Shown here in pieces: positions 26,851 to 36,178 of a stretch of DNA of 41,348 nt. Under the pieces are notes generated by a model. It saw only the letters and a program-made list of their open reading frames with translations, was not told where the DNA came from and did not search any database. The position numbers and the translations under genes are program-made. This stretch comes from Parcubacteria group bacterium. GTDB lineage: Bacteria; Patescibacteriota; Minisyncoccia; Portnoybacterales; UBA2143. Every line of letters starts with the position of its first letter. Position 1 is the stretch's first letter. The DNA lies in NCBI GenBank assembly GCA_013203625.1, contig JABMPX010000007.1, positions 1-41,348 on the forward strand, in the 5' to 3' direction.

Positions 26851-27708
26851 ATGTTAAACGCTTTTAAACAAGCACAAGAGAATAAATATGCTATAGGCGC
26901 TTTTAATGTTTCTAATTTAGAACAGCTTAAGGCGATTATTCAGGCAATTCAAAAATTAAAAAGCCCGGTTATTATTGCCACTTCCCAAGGCGAAAGCAAG
27001 TTTATTGGCAAAAAACAAATTAGAGCGTTAGTTGATGTATATAAGAAGGAAACTGGTTTGCCTATATTCCTTCATTTAGATCATGGAAAGTCGTTAGAAG
27101 TAATTCAAGAAGCAATTGATGCTGGATATGATTCTATCCAATTTGATGGTTCAGAATTAAGCTTTGAAGAAAACATAGAAATGACAAAAAAAGTAGTTGA
27201 TTTGGCTAAAAATAAGGGGATTGAAAATATCGAAGGTGAGCTGGGCTATTTGCAAGGCAAATCATCTTTACAAGAAGCAGTGGAAATTGAAGAAGAAGAT
27301 TTAACTGACCCAAATCAGGCAGAGGAATTTATTGAAAAAACAGGTGTAACAAGCTTAGCTGTTGCTATTGGCAATATTCATGGTATTTTTAAATCAGGCC
27401 AAAATCCTCATCTTTTCTTGGATAGGTTGAAAGAAATAAACAACAAGGCAGGCGATAAAGTATTTTTAGTTCTTCATGGAGCTTCAGGCATACCAGAAGA
27501 AGACATTAAGAAAGCAGTTGAGTTAGGCATTGATAAAATTAACGTTAATACGAGACTAAGACTTGCTTATACTGAAACGCTTAAAAAGTTTTTACAGGAT
27601 AATCCAGAACAAACTACTCCTTATAAAATTATGCCCTTAGTTGTTGAAGCAGTTCAAAGAGTCGTTGAAGAAAAGATTAAATTATTTAATAGCGATAATA
27701 AATTATGA
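26851..27708 (+). CDS. fba: class II fructose-bisphosphate aldolase
   Basis: GAFNV, LHLDHG, and VLHGASG motifs. Confidence 0.9.
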   Translation: MLNAFKQAQENKYAIGAFNVSNLEQLKAIIQAIQKLKSPVIIATSQGESKFIGKKQIRALVDVYKKETGLPIFLHLDHGKSLEVIQEAIDAGYDSIQFDGSELSFEENIEMTKKVVDLAKNKGIENIEGELGYLQGKSSLQEAVEIEEEDLTDPNQAEEFIEKTGVTSLAVAIGNIHGIFKSGQNPHLFLDRLKEINNKAGDKVFLVLHGASGIPEEDIKKAVELGIDKINVNTRLRLAYTETLKKFLQDNPEQTTPYKIMPLVVEAVQRVVEEKIKLFNSDNKL

Positions 27709-27893
27709 AAATTAAAATAGATCAAGAAGGATGCATTGGTTGTGGTAGTTGTCAGGCAATTTGTCCTGATGTTTTTGAAATGAAAGGCGATGATAATAAA
27801 GTATATGTTAAAGAAAATGAAGTAGATAAAGCTGAATGTGTTCAAGAAGCAATTGATATTTGTCCAGTTCAGGTTATTAAAGTTGAGAAATAA
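27705..27893 (+). CDS. small 4Fe-4S ferredoxin
   Basis: CIGCGSCQAICP plus a distal C...CP, in 62 aa. ATGA overlap with fba. Confidence 0.85.
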   Translation: MKIKIDQEGCIGCGSCQAICPDVFEMKGDDNKVYVKENEVDKAECVQEAIDICPVQVIKVEK

Positions 27894-27898
27894 TCTAC

Positions 27899-27927
27899 TT
27901 GACCCGGTAGGTTTTTTTAGTTAGAAT
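27899..27927 (+). promoter_or_regulatory. sigma70-type promoter of rplY (leaderless geometry)
   Basis: TTGACC-N17-TAGAAT. The -10 box ends 7 nt before the ATG at 27935 and there is no Shine-Dalgarno. Confidence 0.5.
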
Positions 27928-27934
27928 AGTTAAT

Positions 27935-28645
27935 ATGTTAGAATTATCAGTTAAATTGCGGAAAGAAACTGGTCGTAAAAATAAGCAAATCCGGGAACAA
28001 GATTTGATTCCGGCTGTTTTATATGGCCACAAAATAAAAAACATACTTCTTTCAGTTAAGAAGCATAGTTTTGAAAAAATCTATGAAGAAGCTGGCGAAA
28101 GCACATTAATTGAGCTTAATATAGCGTCTGATGAAGAAAAATCAAAAAAAGAAAGAGTAGTTTTAATTCATGATATTGCCAAGGATCCAGTTAGCAGTGA
28201 AGTTATTCATATTGATTTTTATCAGGTTAAAATGGATGAGCCAATTACAACTGAAATTCCTTTAATTTTTAATGGCAAGTCATTAGCAGTAGAAAGAGAA
28301 GGAGGAGTTTTAATTAAAAGTATTCAAGCAATTGAAATAAAAGCCCTGCCTCAAGATTTGCCTCGTGAGATTGAAGTGGATATCTCTTCTTTAAAAACCT
28401 TTAATGACAATATTTATATCAAAGACTTGAAAATACCAGACAAAGTAGAAACAACTGTTGATTTAGAAGAAGTAGTTGCTTCAGTAATCCCACCTAGGAC
28501 TGTAACAGAATTAGAAGAATTAGAACAAGCGCCAGTTGAAGAAGTAGAAAAAGTAGAAGAGGAGAAGAAAGGAGCAGAAGAGGAAGAAGAAACAATAGAC
28601 GAAGAGGAACAAAAATCAGGCCAGGAACAAAAAGAAAATGAGTAA
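27935..28645 (+). CDS. rplY: 50S ribosomal protein L25/Ctc with acidic C-terminal tail
   Basis: RKETGRKNKQIREQDLIPAVLYG N-terminus and the two-domain Ctc length. Confidence 0.85.
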   Translation: MLELSVKLRKETGRKNKQIREQDLIPAVLYGHKIKNILLSVKKHSFEKIYEEAGESTLIELNIASDEEKSKKERVVLIHDIAKDPVSSEVIHIDFYQVKMDEPITTEIPLIFNGKSLAVEREGGVLIKSIQAIEIKALPQDLPREIEVDISSLKTFNDNIYIKDLKIPDKVETTVDLEEVVASVIPPRTVTELEELEQAPVEEVEKVEEEKKGAEEEEETIDEEEQKSGQEQKENE

Positions 28646-29945
28646 AAAATTAAAAATATTTCTTATTGTTTGCGCGGTGGCTATTTGTCTATTAGTTCTT
28701 TTAATCATACCTCTTATTGTCCAAGCTTCTGATGCCGATGTGATAAAACAGGATTTAGAAAATCAAATTAAGCAGAAACAGCAGGAAATTAATCAATATC
28801 AGCAGAATATTAAAACAAATCAGCAGAAATCAAAAACACTTGAGAACGAGATTTCTATATTAGAAGATCAAATTGACAAGATTCAAGTTGAAATAAAACA
28901 AGTGGATTTGATTATTCAAGGAAGCACTTTAAATATTCAAGAAATAGATATTGAAATTAATAAATTAAACGATAGGATAAATCAAGAAAAGAATCTTTTA
29001 GCTGAGTATATCCGAAGAGTTGCCATGCATGATCAAGATACTCTTTTAGAAATGATTTTAAGAAACGAAAAATTTTCTGATTTTTTTAATCAAATTAGCG
29101 CCTTAGAAAATGTTCAGGAACAAACACAAGGTGTCCTCGCGTCTATTCAAGGATTAAAAGAGGAGTCAGAAGAACAAAAAGCCGAATTAGAAGATGAAAG
29201 AGAAGAACAAAGTCGTTTACAATCTCTTCAGCTTATCCAAAGGCGGACAGTTGAACAAAGACAATGGCAAAAAGAAGATTTATTGGATCAAACCAAAGGA
29301 GAAGAATATCGTTATCAGCAATTAATTAAAAATGCTGAAAGCGCGATTACCTATATTACAGAACAGATTTCTTTTTTAGCTGATAAAGATGAAGCAATTC
29401 AATATGCTATTTTTGCTTCTTCCAAGACCGGCATTAGGCCGGCTTTTCTATTGGGAGTTTTGCAGGCAGAGTCCGATTTAGGTGGGAATGTTGGTACTGG
29501 CAATTGGCAGAAAGATATGTATCAGTGTTATAGGAGCATAGGTTATTTAACCAGAGCTGAAAATGAGAAAAACGCTTTTATGCAGATTTGTGAGGAATTG
29601 GGCCTGAATCCGGATTTGCAGCCAGTTTCAGCTGAACCGTGGTATGGATGCGGCGGAGCATTAGGAGTAGCTCAATTTATGCCAGCTACCTGGATGGCTT
29701 ATAAGGACAGAGTAGCTGCTTTAACTGGCCATAATCCGCCTAATCCATGGAATCATCAAGATGCTTTTATGGCTGCTGCTATAAAATTATCTAATGGCGG
29801 AGCTAATCAACGGAATGAAATAGGAGAACGCACAGCTTATGCCAAATACTTAGGCGGCAGCCGTTATGAACGTTGGATATATAGCAAAGTGACTGATTAT
29901 GTAATTCAATTAACTGCTAATTTCCAGCGACAGTATTTTGAGTAA
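28638..29945 (+). CDS. membrane-anchored coiled-coil protein with lytic-transglycosylase-like C-terminal domain
   Basis: N-terminal TM segment, a long Q/E/K-rich heptad region, then LLGVLQAESDLG and GALGVAQFMPATW. Confidence 0.7.
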   Translation: MSKKLKIFLIVCAVAICLLVLLIIPLIVQASDADVIKQDLENQIKQKQQEINQYQQNIKTNQQKSKTLENEISILEDQIDKIQVEIKQVDLIIQGSTLNIQEIDIEINKLNDRINQEKNLLAEYIRRVAMHDQDTLLEMILRNEKFSDFFNQISALENVQEQTQGVLASIQGLKEESEEQKAELEDEREEQSRLQSLQLIQRRTVEQRQWQKEDLLDQTKGEEYRYQQLIKNAESAITYITEQISFLADKDEAIQYAIFASSKTGIRPAFLLGVLQAESDLGGNVGTGNWQKDMYQCYRSIGYLTRAENEKNAFMQICEELGLNPDLQPVSAEPWYGCGGALGVAQFMPATWMAYKDRVAALTGHNPPNPWNHQDAFMAAAIKLSNGGANQRNEIGERTAYAKYLGGSRYERWIYSKVTDYVIQLTANFQRQYFE

Positions 29946-29968
29946 AATTCTTGCGTTTGAATCATCAT

Positions 29969-29997
29969 AAAAGCCCCGACGTAAAGTCGGGGCTTTT
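29969..29997. terminator. bidirectional intrinsic terminator
   Basis: GCCCCGAC/GTCGGGGC stem flanked by AAAA and TTTT, between convergent genes. Confidence 0.8.
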
Positions 29998-30035
29998 ATG
30001 ATTAATAAAGAACTATATTATTTATCTATTATTTT

Positions 30036-30659
30036 TTACCAAGAAACAACTAAAGCGCTGTATTTCTCAAGATTTTTTAGTTGTTCCGGAGTTAATTGCA
30101 TAGAAGCGTCAATTGCTTCTTTTATTAAATCTTCGGAAAAGGCGATTTCATCTCCAACATTTAGCGGTTTAGAACCAATGTTGTCCTTGAGGTAATCCTC
30201 AATATAAATTTTATGTTCATTAGTCAATTCTTCAGGATGGTCTTTAGTGTAATCTTTAAGCGCTCGGCGAGCCAAATGGGTAACACCATTCCCCTTGGCT
30301 GCTTTTTCTATAATCGAGTTATTTTCCTTCCTGCCAGCTGGAATAATCTCTGTAATTTCAGTTTCCCCTGTAGATGATTCTGTAATTTCTTCAACAGCTA
30401 AGCCAGATATTTTCCCTTGGAGATCAGCAGTAAATTCTTCTCCTGATAATGAACCTATTTCATCTTGATTTTTTTGATTGGCGTATAAATAAATTCCGCC
30501 AGCTAAAATCAAAAGAGCGATAACTGGTAAAATAACTGAACTGCCATGCTTATTAATCCATCCCTTAGATTTTTCTCTCCAACTGTTTTTGTTCTTAAAA
30601 CCAAACTGAGGACCGCTAGTTAAAGGAGATTCTCCACCTTTTTGTTTTTGTTCTAACAT
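30036..30659 (-). CDS. hypothetical single-pass membrane protein
   Basis: One TM segment (VILPVIALLILAGGIYLY). I chose the start at MLEQKQ, which has an AGGAA Shine-Dalgarno; the listed upstream Met at 30707 is also possible. Confidence 0.5.
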   Translation of the reverse strand: MLEQKQKGGESPLTSGPQFGFKNKNSWREKSKGWINKHGSSVILPVIALLILAGGIYLYANQKNQDEIGSLSGEEFTADLQGKISGLAVEEITESSTGETEITEIIPAGRKENNSIIEKAAKGNGVTHLARRALKDYTKDHPEELTNEHKIYIEDYLKDNIGSKPLNVGDEIAFSEDLIKEAIDASMQLTPEQLKNLEKYSALVVSW

Positions 30660-30726
30660 AAATATTTCCTTTCTTAGAATTTCTTTATTCGACCTTTCCC
30701 TCCACATATTTAATTTTTAAAAAGAA

Positions 30727-32403
30727 CTAAATTTCAATTACCACTGGTAGAACCATTGGTCTTCTCTGTGTTTTAGTATAAAGGAATTGGCCGATTTTGT
30801 CACGTATATTATCTTTAACATAACTCCAATTGACTGTATGTTCGTCTGAAGATGTTTGTTCAACAATCTTTTTAACCTTTTCCCTTGTCTGATTTAAGAG
30901 CTCTTTTGATTCTCGCAGATAAACAAAACCGCGTGAAATAATATCTGGTTCTCCGCGCACTTTTCCAGTTTTGCTGTCAATTACGGTGATAATAACAAAC
31001 ATACCTTCTTCAGCCATAGATTGCCTGTCGCGCAGGACAACTTGGCCAACATCTCCGACTCCCAATCCATCAACCATAACATAATTAGCTGGCACTTTTT
31101 CCTTGCTTAATTCAATTGAATTTTGGTTAACAGAAATAATATTTCCATTTCCAGCTACCATAATGTTTTTTGTATCAATACCTATACTTTCAGCAATTTC
31201 GCCGTGTAATTTTAGCATATAATAATTACCATGAATAGGGATGAAGAATTTGGGTTTAATTAAATTAATCATCATTTTGAGGTCTTCTACTTGAGCATGT
31301 CCGCCAGCATGTATATCCATCATTTGATAATGATAAACTCTTGCGCCTTGTCTCCAAAGAATGTCTTTTAGGCCTTGAACAGTTCTTTCATTCCCTGGCA
31401 CAACTGAAGAAGAAAAAGCAACAGCATCACTTTTTTGAATTTGGATATTGCGGTGTTCTTTATTGGCTATTCGCATTAAAACAGCGTTTCCTTCACCTTG
31501 AGCTCCAGTGCAGACAACCACTACTTTTCCGTTTGGATAATCTTTTATTTGATTAATTTTAATTAAAGTGCCTTTTTGCGCTTTAATATATCCCAGCTTT
31601 TTAGCTATTTGCGTATTCATTTTCATGCTATAACCGTCAACTGCTACTTTTCTGTCATACTTTTCAGCTAAATTGACTACTTCTTGAATACGGCTGATTA
31701 AAGAGGCAAAAGTAGCAATAATGATTCTGCCAGACGATTCTTTAAAAATTATTTCCAAATTATCCTGGATATCTTTTTCTGAAATAGAATGGCCTGGTTT
31801 TTCCGCATTAGTACTGTCTGACATTAAAGCTAAGATGCCTCCATTAGCAATTTCAGAGATTCTGGAAATATCAGCTGGTTCATCGCCAATCGGGCTATGG
31901 TCAAATTTAAAATCTCCAGTATGGACAATTTTGCCAACTGGCGTTTCAATAACCAATCCAACTCCATCAGGAATATTATGGTTAACATGAAAGAATTCAA
32001 TATTAAAACAGCCAAGTTTAATTTTAGAATCTTTATTGATTTGACGAATATCTAATTTAGGCGCTTCTGGAAAATCATCCTGTCTTTTAAGGATAATTCC
32101 TCTGGTTAAAGCAGTAGTGTAAATAGGCGGATTGCCCAAACGTTTCATTGAATGGGGGATTGCTCCAATGTGGTCATAATGGCCGTGGGTGATAATAATG
32201 CCGTGGATTTTATCTCTTTTGTCTTTAAGATAGGCTGTATTAGGTATGATATAGTCAATTCCAGGCATATCTTCTTCTGGAAATTGTAAGCCCATATCAA
32301 CAATAATAATGTCGTCGCCATACTCAAAAATTGTCATATTGCGACCGACTTCTTCTAATCCCCCTAAAGGGATAATTTTTAGATTTTGTGTTGTTGTTGT
32401 CAT
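30727..32403 (-). CDS. rnj: ribonuclease J
   Basis: Metallo-beta-lactamase HGHYDHIG, beta-CASP region, and a 558-aa length typical of RNase J. Confidence 0.9.
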   Translation of the reverse strand: MTTTTQNLKIIPLGGLEEVGRNMTIFEYGDDIIIVDMGLQFPEEDMPGIDYIIPNTAYLKDKRDKIHGIIITHGHYDHIGAIPHSMKRLGNPPIYTTALTRGIILKRQDDFPEAPKLDIRQINKDSKIKLGCFNIEFFHVNHNIPDGVGLVIETPVGKIVHTGDFKFDHSPIGDEPADISRISEIANGGILALMSDSTNAEKPGHSISEKDIQDNLEIIFKESSGRIIIATFASLISRIQEVVNLAEKYDRKVAVDGYSMKMNTQIAKKLGYIKAQKGTLIKINQIKDYPNGKVVVVCTGAQGEGNAVLMRIANKEHRNIQIQKSDAVAFSSSVVPGNERTVQGLKDILWRQGARVYHYQMMDIHAGGHAQVEDLKMMINLIKPKFFIPIHGNYYMLKLHGEIAESIGIDTKNIMVAGNGNIISVNQNSIELSKEKVPANYVMVDGLGVGDVGQVVLRDRQSMAEEGMFVIITVIDSKTGKVRGEPDIISRGFVYLRESKELLNQTREKVKKIVEQTSSDEHTVNWSYVKDNIRDKIGQFLYTKTQRRPMVLPVVIEI

Positions 32404-32422
32404 AGTTTTTAATTTGTTAGTG

Positions 32423-32505
32423 TGCCGAAGAAGGGATTCGAACCCTTAAGCCATAAAGGCACACGGTTCTGAACCGTGCATGTTTACCAATTTCATCACT
32501 TCGGC
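32423..32505 (-). tRNA. tRNA-Leu (anticodon CAG), type II with long variable arm
   Basis: Hand fold. Acceptor GCCGAAG/CTTCGGC. A 3-bp D stem. Anticodon stem CACGG/CCGTG with loop TTCAGAA. Variable arm GCC-TTTAT-GGC. T arm AAGGG-TTCGAAT-CCCTT. Discriminator A, with no encoded CCA. Confidence 0.9.
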
Positions 32506-32506
32506 A

Positions 32507-32535
32507 TTGACCAAATCAGTTTTTTAAGTTATGAT
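32507..32535 (+). promoter_or_regulatory. sigma70-type promoter
   Basis: ATTGACCAAAT-type -35 (TTGACC)-N17-TATGAT, upstream of ORF 32603. Confidence 0.5.
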
Positions 32536-32602
32536 TTAAATAAATTCAGATCTTTAACTTTTAAAATTTAGAAAAATAATCTTTTCTGGAGGGGAGGGAA
32601 TT

Positions 32603-32797
32603 ATGGATCCTATAAATTCTATAAATTCTGTAATAAGTTTTGTGATATTTCTTTTCCTAACCGCCGTTATATTAGCAGGAGGAGAAATGGCTAGGGTTGG
32701 AAGTAAGCATTCAACGAGAATTGTTGGAAGCTGTTCCTTCTTATTCAGTGTAGTAGGATTTATGCTTCTGTTTTATTATTCCTTTGTAAACCAGTGA
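32603..32797 (+). CDS. small membrane protein (64 aa, two TM), hypothetical
   Basis: Strong Shine-Dalgarno GGAGGGGAGGG and two hydrophobic segments. Confidence 0.5.
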   Translation: MDPINSINSVISFVIFLFLTAVILAGGEMARVGSKHSTRIVGSCSFLFSVVGFMLLFYYSFVNQ

Positions 32798-32854
32798 ATC
32801 TTTTTAAAAGCCTGATTTAGATTAATCCAATAGATTAATCTAATGAGGGCTTTT

Positions 32855-33571
32855 TTATTTTAAATCTTTAAATAATTTCGGATTTTTGAGAAAATCCAGT
32901 TTTTTTAGGTTTTTAACCAAAGAATACAAACTTTTTTCTTTATCTATTTCGAATTTTTCCAGCCACTTATTTGGCTCCATAAACTCTAAATTAGGAATTG
33001 AATTGTAATTTCCGTTCTTGACCCAGTTTATCTCTTGAGAATCGTTTTTAAGGGCAAAATAACAGAATCCGCACTTTTTTCTGAATGGTTTGTAAATATT
33101 GGAAGAAAAATCTCGGCAAACCCAATTAGCTGTTTTTAATATTTCTCCAGAGGCATTAATTATTAAATGTTCATAATTAGGCAATACAATTACTTTGTCA
33201 TTCTTTTTAGCTTTTACTGCGTAAACATTTTTAATATCAGATCCATGGGAGTCCTGAAAAAGGAAAATAGCTTTTCCTTCTAAAACTTCGTAAATTTCAG
33301 AGTAAGTTAAATTGGTTTTAGGAACTAAAGGATGGTCATGTCCAGCTGTCTTATTGTATTCCTGTCCTAGCATTATAAAGGGAATGACTGTTATGTCGTA
33401 TCTTAATTCCTGTTTAATAATTGTTTGTTTGTCTTTTTTGCTATCAGCCAAATCGCGGTACATGTAATAGAGTTCTAAATCAGAGACTGTTTTAGCCCAT
33501 TCCTTATCAAAAAGAAGTTCTTTCATTTCTACTAAATAGCGAATATTTGGTTTAAGTTTCTTTATGTCCAT
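32855..33571 (-). CDS. cupin-type glucose-6-phosphate isomerase (archaeal-type cPGI)-like
   Basis: TAGHDHP...SEIYEVLEGKAIFL resembles the TxGHxH...E.Y.vl.G cupin PGI metal site. The assignment is from motif memory only. Confidence 0.55.
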   Translation of the reverse strand: MDIKKLKPNIRYLVEMKELLFDKEWAKTVSDLELYYMYRDLADSKKDKQTIIKQELRYDITVIPFIMLGQEYNKTAGHDHPLVPKTNLTYSEIYEVLEGKAIFLFQDSHGSDIKNVYAVKAKKNDKVIVLPNYEHLIINASGEILKTANWVCRDFSSNIYKPFRKKCGFCYFALKNDSQEINWVKNGNYNSIPNLEFMEPNKWLEKFEIDKEKSLYSLVKNLKKLDFLKNPKLFKDLK

Positions 33572-33574
33572 ATA

Positions 33575-35257
33575 TTACTTCCAAATTCTATTTATTTTAA
33601 TATACCAATTTTCTACTTGAGAAAATCTTTGTGATGGTTGAGCTAATTTTTCTATGGAAATTCCTCTTACTTTTTTATTAACCGGGTAAATATAGCTTGG
33701 GCTGTAAAGAAAAACACCTGGTACATCTTCCATAAGCAGTTTTTGGAATTCAGCATATTTTCCTTCGCGGGTCTCTTGGTCTAAAGTCTGTCTGGCATCT
33801 TGCAGTAATTCATCCACATCTTTGTTTTGATAAAGCGCTAAATTCAAGCCAGGGTCTTTTTTTTGTGAAGAGTGCCAGAAAGCAAAAGGGTCTGGGTCAG
33901 CGCTGAGCACTTCTCCAAAAAGTATAGCTTGGTATTCGCGGGGACGGATATAGTCTTTTTGAATGTTTGCCGCGTCAACTGTTTCCAAATTAACTTTAAC
34001 GCCGATTTTTTCCCATTGTTCTTTAATTAATTCAGCAGTTTGTTTTATTTCAGACCAATTAGTAGCTAATAAGCTTATTTCCAATCTTATTTCTTCCTCT
34101 CCTTCGCCTTTTTCTCTAATTCCATCATCATCTGAATCTATCCATGAATCTGCTTCTAAAATGTTTTTGGCATGTTCTATGGCAAAATCGTAAATATTTG
34201 TTTCTGCAGTATAATTTGGCCAATTAGGCAAAAGAGGCGAGTCAACTCTGGTGCCTTTTCCATTCAGAACTTTATTAATAATTTCTTCTTTATCAGTTGC
34301 ATAAGCCAAAGCTAATCGAACAGTTTTATTGGCTAAGGCCTTGCTTTCAGTTTGATTAAAGAAAATAGCGTAATAAATCGGCAGTTTAATTTCATATATA
34401 TTAAGATTATTTTTGATTTCTGACTGGTTGGCTGTTGAAAGAGAACTTAACCCGTCTATTTGTCTTTTTTGATAAGCATTAGTTAAATTTGTTTGATTGC
34501 TGTAAAATTTAAGGATAATATTTTTAATAAAAGGACTCTGGATTCTATTTTCAAACAACAAGTAAAAATTTTCATTGCGGACTAATTTAATTGATTCAAT
34601 CTTGCCATCTTTGTTTTTAACATATTCCTTGAACTTGTAAGGACCAGAGCCAACTGGCTTAAGATTGTATTCAGCCAAAGGAAAATTTTGTCCTGAAATG
34701 CCAGCCCAAAGATGTTTTGGCAAAATACCCACAGTTAAATTATGTAAAAAAGGAGCATAAATATTATTTAATCTAAATAAAACAGTAAATTCATCAACTT
34801 TTTCTATTTCCACGCCCTGCCAAATATTTCTTAAAGGACTGTTGTATTCAGGGTCCTGAATAGTTCTTATAGTAAAAATAACATCATCAGCTGAGAATTG
34901 TTCTCCATTATGCCAATGAACATTTCTTTTAAGAGAAACATTGTAAGTTAATCCGTCTTCTCCAAGGGAATACTCTTTGGCTAAATCAGGAATAAGATTG
35001 CCTTGATTGTCATATTTAAACAAACTGGAATAAACAAGCTGGACTAAATCTCTGTCAACATCATTTGTCTGAGCTAAAACTGGGTTAATATAGCGCGGCT
35101 GTCCAAGTATGCCTTCTTTGTATTCTCCTCCTATTTTAGGTTCAATAATAGTTTGATTGATATAAAAATTAAAAAGCAGGGTTACGCAAGAACCAGCAAT
35201 AATCAAAATTAGGCCTCTAGCTAACCAACGTTCTCGAAAAGGCAAGACCTTAAGCAA
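33575..35257 (-). CDS. ABC transporter substrate-binding protein, family 5 (peptide/nickel type), orphan
   Basis: N-terminal anchor and a 560-aa length. It has OppA/DppA/NikA-like sequence features. There is no adjacent permease or ATPase. Confidence 0.75.
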   Translation of the reverse strand: MLKVLPFRERWLARGLILIIAGSCVTLLFNFYINQTIIEPKIGGEYKEGILGQPRYINPVLAQTNDVDRDLVQLVYSSLFKYDNQGNLIPDLAKEYSLGEDGLTYNVSLKRNVHWHNGEQFSADDVIFTIRTIQDPEYNSPLRNIWQGVEIEKVDEFTVLFRLNNIYAPFLHNLTVGILPKHLWAGISGQNFPLAEYNLKPVGSGPYKFKEYVKNKDGKIESIKLVRNENFYLLFENRIQSPFIKNIILKFYSNQTNLTNAYQKRQIDGLSSLSTANQSEIKNNLNIYEIKLPIYYAIFFNQTESKALANKTVRLALAYATDKEEIINKVLNGKGTRVDSPLLPNWPNYTAETNIYDFAIEHAKNILEADSWIDSDDDGIREKGEGEEEIRLEISLLATNWSEIKQTAELIKEQWEKIGVKVNLETVDAANIQKDYIRPREYQAILFGEVLSADPDPFAFWHSSQKKDPGLNLALYQNKDVDELLQDARQTLDQETREGKYAEFQKLLMEDVPGVFLYSPSYIYPVNKKVRGISIEKLAQPSQRFSQVENWYIKINRIWK

Positions 35258-35384
35258 ACGAGTCCATTGTTTATAAGTAGGCCATTTTTCTACTTTGAAA
35301 TAAGATATTAATTTGTTTGATTGAGTACTGATGGAAATAAAAATTAAGACCTAAGTAAATGTAAGTTTTAATTAAGGATTAGAT

Positions 35385-35603
35385 TTAGATTATAAGATTC
35401 AAAAAAGCAGTAATAATAAATAAACTAGCCAAAACAATGCTAGTTGTAAAAAGTATTTTTTCAAAACCTCTTTTAGTGTAATAACTAGTTCCTCCGCCAG
35501 AACCAAAAATACCTGAACCGCCAGCGCCGCGTCGTTGAAACAGGATAGTGATAATCAGGCCTATAGAAATAATAACTTGAGAAATAGTTAAAATATATTG
35601 CAT
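35385..35603 (-). CDS. secG: preprotein translocase subunit SecG
   Basis: 72 aa. Two TM segments flank the Gly-rich RRGAGGSGIFGSGGG loop. Confidence 0.8.
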   Translation of the reverse strand: MQYILTISQVIISIGLIITILFQRRGAGGSGIFGSGGGTSYYTKRGFEKILFTTSIVLASLFIITAFLNLII

Positions 35604-35956
35604 TAATCTTTTTTCTTTTTTCGGCCAGTTCCAAAGACCATATTAACAAAACTAATAATTACGACTCCCCAGACATATGCCCAGATTCCAACAATAGTTA
35701 GCTCATCCACTAAGTATTCCAATAGCCATAAAAGGCCTATGTTGATGACAATGAAAAACAATCCTAAGCTAAGAATAATAAAAGGAGTTGAAATAAAACG
35801 CAGAATAGGCCTAAGAATAACATTCATTAAACCTAAAAGCAATCCAGCGATAAGTAATGTTAAAATATCGCCTTCAAAAATAAAGCCGGGCACTAAATAA
35901 TCAGCTAAAAAAATAGCCACGGCATTAACAAAAATTTGCGCAATGAATTTTATCAT
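35603..35956 (-). CDS. DUF360/phage-holin-IV-family membrane protein
   Basis: Four TM segments with an MIKFIAQIFVNAVAIFLADYLVPG N-terminus. The longer start at 35992 is possible. Confidence 0.6.
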   Translation of the reverse strand: MIKFIAQIFVNAVAIFLADYLVPGFIFEGDILTLLIAGLLLGLMNVILRPILRFISTPFIILSLGLFFIVINIGLLWLLEYLVDELTIVGIWAYVWGVVIISFVNMVFGTGRKKKKD

Positions 35957-36008
35957 TTGTTTAATATTATCATATAATAAAAACCCAGTCAAGATTTTGT
36001 AAATAATA

Positions 36009-36176
36009 AGGACAGTCCTTCAAAATGATGTTCTTTGAAAAGTTTTAAGAGGCTTGTCCTTCAAAATGATGTCTCTCTGAGAAAGTTAAAGAGGCTTGTC
36101 CTTCAAAATGATGTCCCTTGAGTACAAGGGCGTCATTTTAAGGACGACGCCTCTGGATCAGGACGACGCCTCTGGA
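36009..36176. repeat. intergenic repeat cluster: three 41-42-bp tandem units, a long imperfect hairpin, and a 16-bp direct repeat
   Basis: GTCCTTCAAAATGATGT occurs at 36015, 36056 and 36098. The hairpin is 36098-36120/36125-36145 with loop AGTA. GGACGACGCCTCTGGA occurs at 36142 and 36161. Confidence 0.85.
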
Positions 36177-36178
36177 TT

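Noticed and set aside
29998-30195. Plus-strand 65-aa ORF after the lytic-transglycosylase gene.
   Set aside because: It starts inside the bidirectional terminator and runs antisense to the better-supported minus-strand membrane-protein gene 30036..30659.
32800-32850. The duplicated palindromic motif TAGATTAATC (two copies) between ORF 32603 and the cupin PGI gene, considered as a regulatory operator.
   Set aside because: It lies between two convergent gene ends and is enclosed by the AAAAGCC/GGGCTTTT stem. It is most simply part of a bidirectional terminator.
36009-36135. Possible CRISPR array formed by the three 41-42-bp periodic repeats.
   Set aside because: There are only three units. 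The 'spacers' are about 24 nt and are partly similar to one another (TTTGAAAAGTTTTAAGAGGCTT versus TCTGAGAAAGTTAAAGAGGCTT). No cas genes are present in the window. This fits tandem duplication better than a CRISPR array.
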